From the NCBI GenBank assembly GCA_964016885.1, contig OZ024742.1, positions 331,018,001-331,082,000 of the forward strand: a stretch of 64,000 bases of DNA, read 5' to 3'. Numbering within the stretch: the stretch's first letter is position 1; each line of letters begins with the position of its first letter. The stretch is from Eledone cirrhosa. Taxonomy: Eukaryota. The position numbers and the translations under genes were made by a program. Under the pieces are notes generated by a model. It made no database searches, was not told the DNA's origin, and worked only from the letters and a program-made list of their open reading frames with translations. Shown here one piece after another: positions 60,809 to 64,000 of this stretch.

Positions 60809-60827
60809 TATATATATATATATATAT

Positions 60828-60976
60828 AGTGAAAGAGTGAAGAATAACATGGTCAACAGTACAAAAAGGGTTTTATTTACAGTATTAACAATTATTTCAT
60901 TGATTAGAGTGTCTAAACATTGCTAATCACTTGAAGTTGTGTCACTGTTGACCATGTTATTCTTCACTATTTCACT
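60828..60976. repeat. Short inverted repeat (~33-bp arms) at a TA tract, probable fold-back PLE end
   Basis: agtgaaagagtgaagaataacatggtcaacagt / actgttgaccatgttattcttcactatttcact. Confidence 0.7.
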
Positions 60977-61158
60977 GATATTACTCCAAGATTAACCTGC
61001 ATAGGAATTCCAGAGAACTCGAAAGCTCGCTACCTAAGGACACCTCTTGTTGAGTCAAACAACGCTCTACCCTAAAAGTATCCACGAAATGGATTACCTA
61101 TAACGATAATTTGTTATCCTATATATAAAAGAATAGAGGTGTAACACACGAGTTGTGA

Positions 61159-61739
61159 TATATTGGTAAAAAGAAAAGAAAATGCTGACAAATTGTTCCC
61201 AGTGAAAAATAGTTTAATTAGGAATATGGAAAAATTAGTAATAAGTATTGGTTAGTATTCAGTTTTAGTTTTAAGTATTTACCGGTTGCGCATTTCTAAG
61301 GCTTTTCAAAAATAATGTTGAGATAGAGAGCCCGTGATGTTTGCTCTAATCTGATTAGAGCAAACATCACGGGCGTTCTATCTCAAAATTATTTTTGAAA
61401 AGCATTAAAAATGCGCAACCGGTAAACACTTAAAACTAAAACTGAATACTAACCAATACTTATTACTAATTTTTACTTATTCCGGTGGATTGGCAGTATT
61501 AGTAGGGTGTCGGATGCGTTGCTTTGGCGCATAGAGTTATGGCGCTTGCCATTCTGAGTTCAAATACCGCCGAGGTTAACTTTGCTTTTCATCCTTACGG
61601 GGTCGATAAAATAAAGTACCAGTAATACACATATTTGCTGGCTTTGTGCCTAACGTAGAAACAATTACTAATTTTTACTTATTCCTAATTAAACTATTTT
61701 TCACTGGTAACAATGTGTCAGCATTTTCTTTTCCTTTTA

Positions 61740-61745
<6 letters not shown>
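61159..61745. mobile_element. Fold-back PLE 3' end (centre 61352) with U3-A8 HHRs; right arm interrupted by a SINE
   Basis: 1-nt spacer; both arms carry GCAA instead of GAAA; homologous to 62020-62226. Confidence 0.85.
61484..61668 (+). mobile_element. Full-length SINE with 22-bp target-site duplication
   Basis: attactaatttttacttattcc at 61462-61483 and 61664-61685. Confidence 0.92.
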
Positions 61746-61782
<37 letters not shown>

Positions 61783-62019
61783 CAAGATGTTAATAAATGA
61801 AAAATATTCCCATAATCAAAATATATATTTTATTATACATATTTCAATGGTACAATGATGTTTCAGTATGTAAGTACGTTTTGATCAGACAAAACATAAG
61901 ATTTCACATGTGACATACCGCTACGGTTTTGATTACTCAATTCGAGTGCTTCTAATATATTGTATAATTGTATTCGTTGATTAATCAACGAACCATATTA
62001 ATCTTTGCTTATATATATA

Positions 62020-64000
<1,981 letters not shown>

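Overview
AT-rich eukaryotic DNA full of microsatellites, with no recognisable host protein-coding gene. The SINE family and repeat landscape suggest an octopod cephalopod (inference). Most long ORF-track entries are (TA)n/(CA)n artefacts. The real content is retroelement debris. It includes a degenerate L1/Tx1-type LINE 5' half (1-2133, -), a near-full-length degenerate R4/Dong-type RLE retrotransposon ending in (TAA)n with a candidate HDV-like ribozyme at its 5' end (3149-6906), an RTE fragment, about 12 copies or fragments of one tRNA-derived SINE, and a very dense set of Penelope-like elements (PLEs) from at least three divergent lineages. About 30 type-I hammerhead-ribozyme (HHR)-like motifs from more than 10 unrelated families can be read by eye. 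These include intact minimal dimer-type HHRs, U3-A8 compensatory core variants and versions with long branched stem II. About a dozen insertions are fold-back (inverted) pairs sitting in (TA)n tracts. Every pair whose strand I could assign has the same polarity: antisense arm left, sense arm right, 3' ends outward. Three unrelated non-coding HHR elements form tandem units of 534-548 nt, resembling retrozymes. All folds and alignments were done by eye and need computational and biochemical confirmation.
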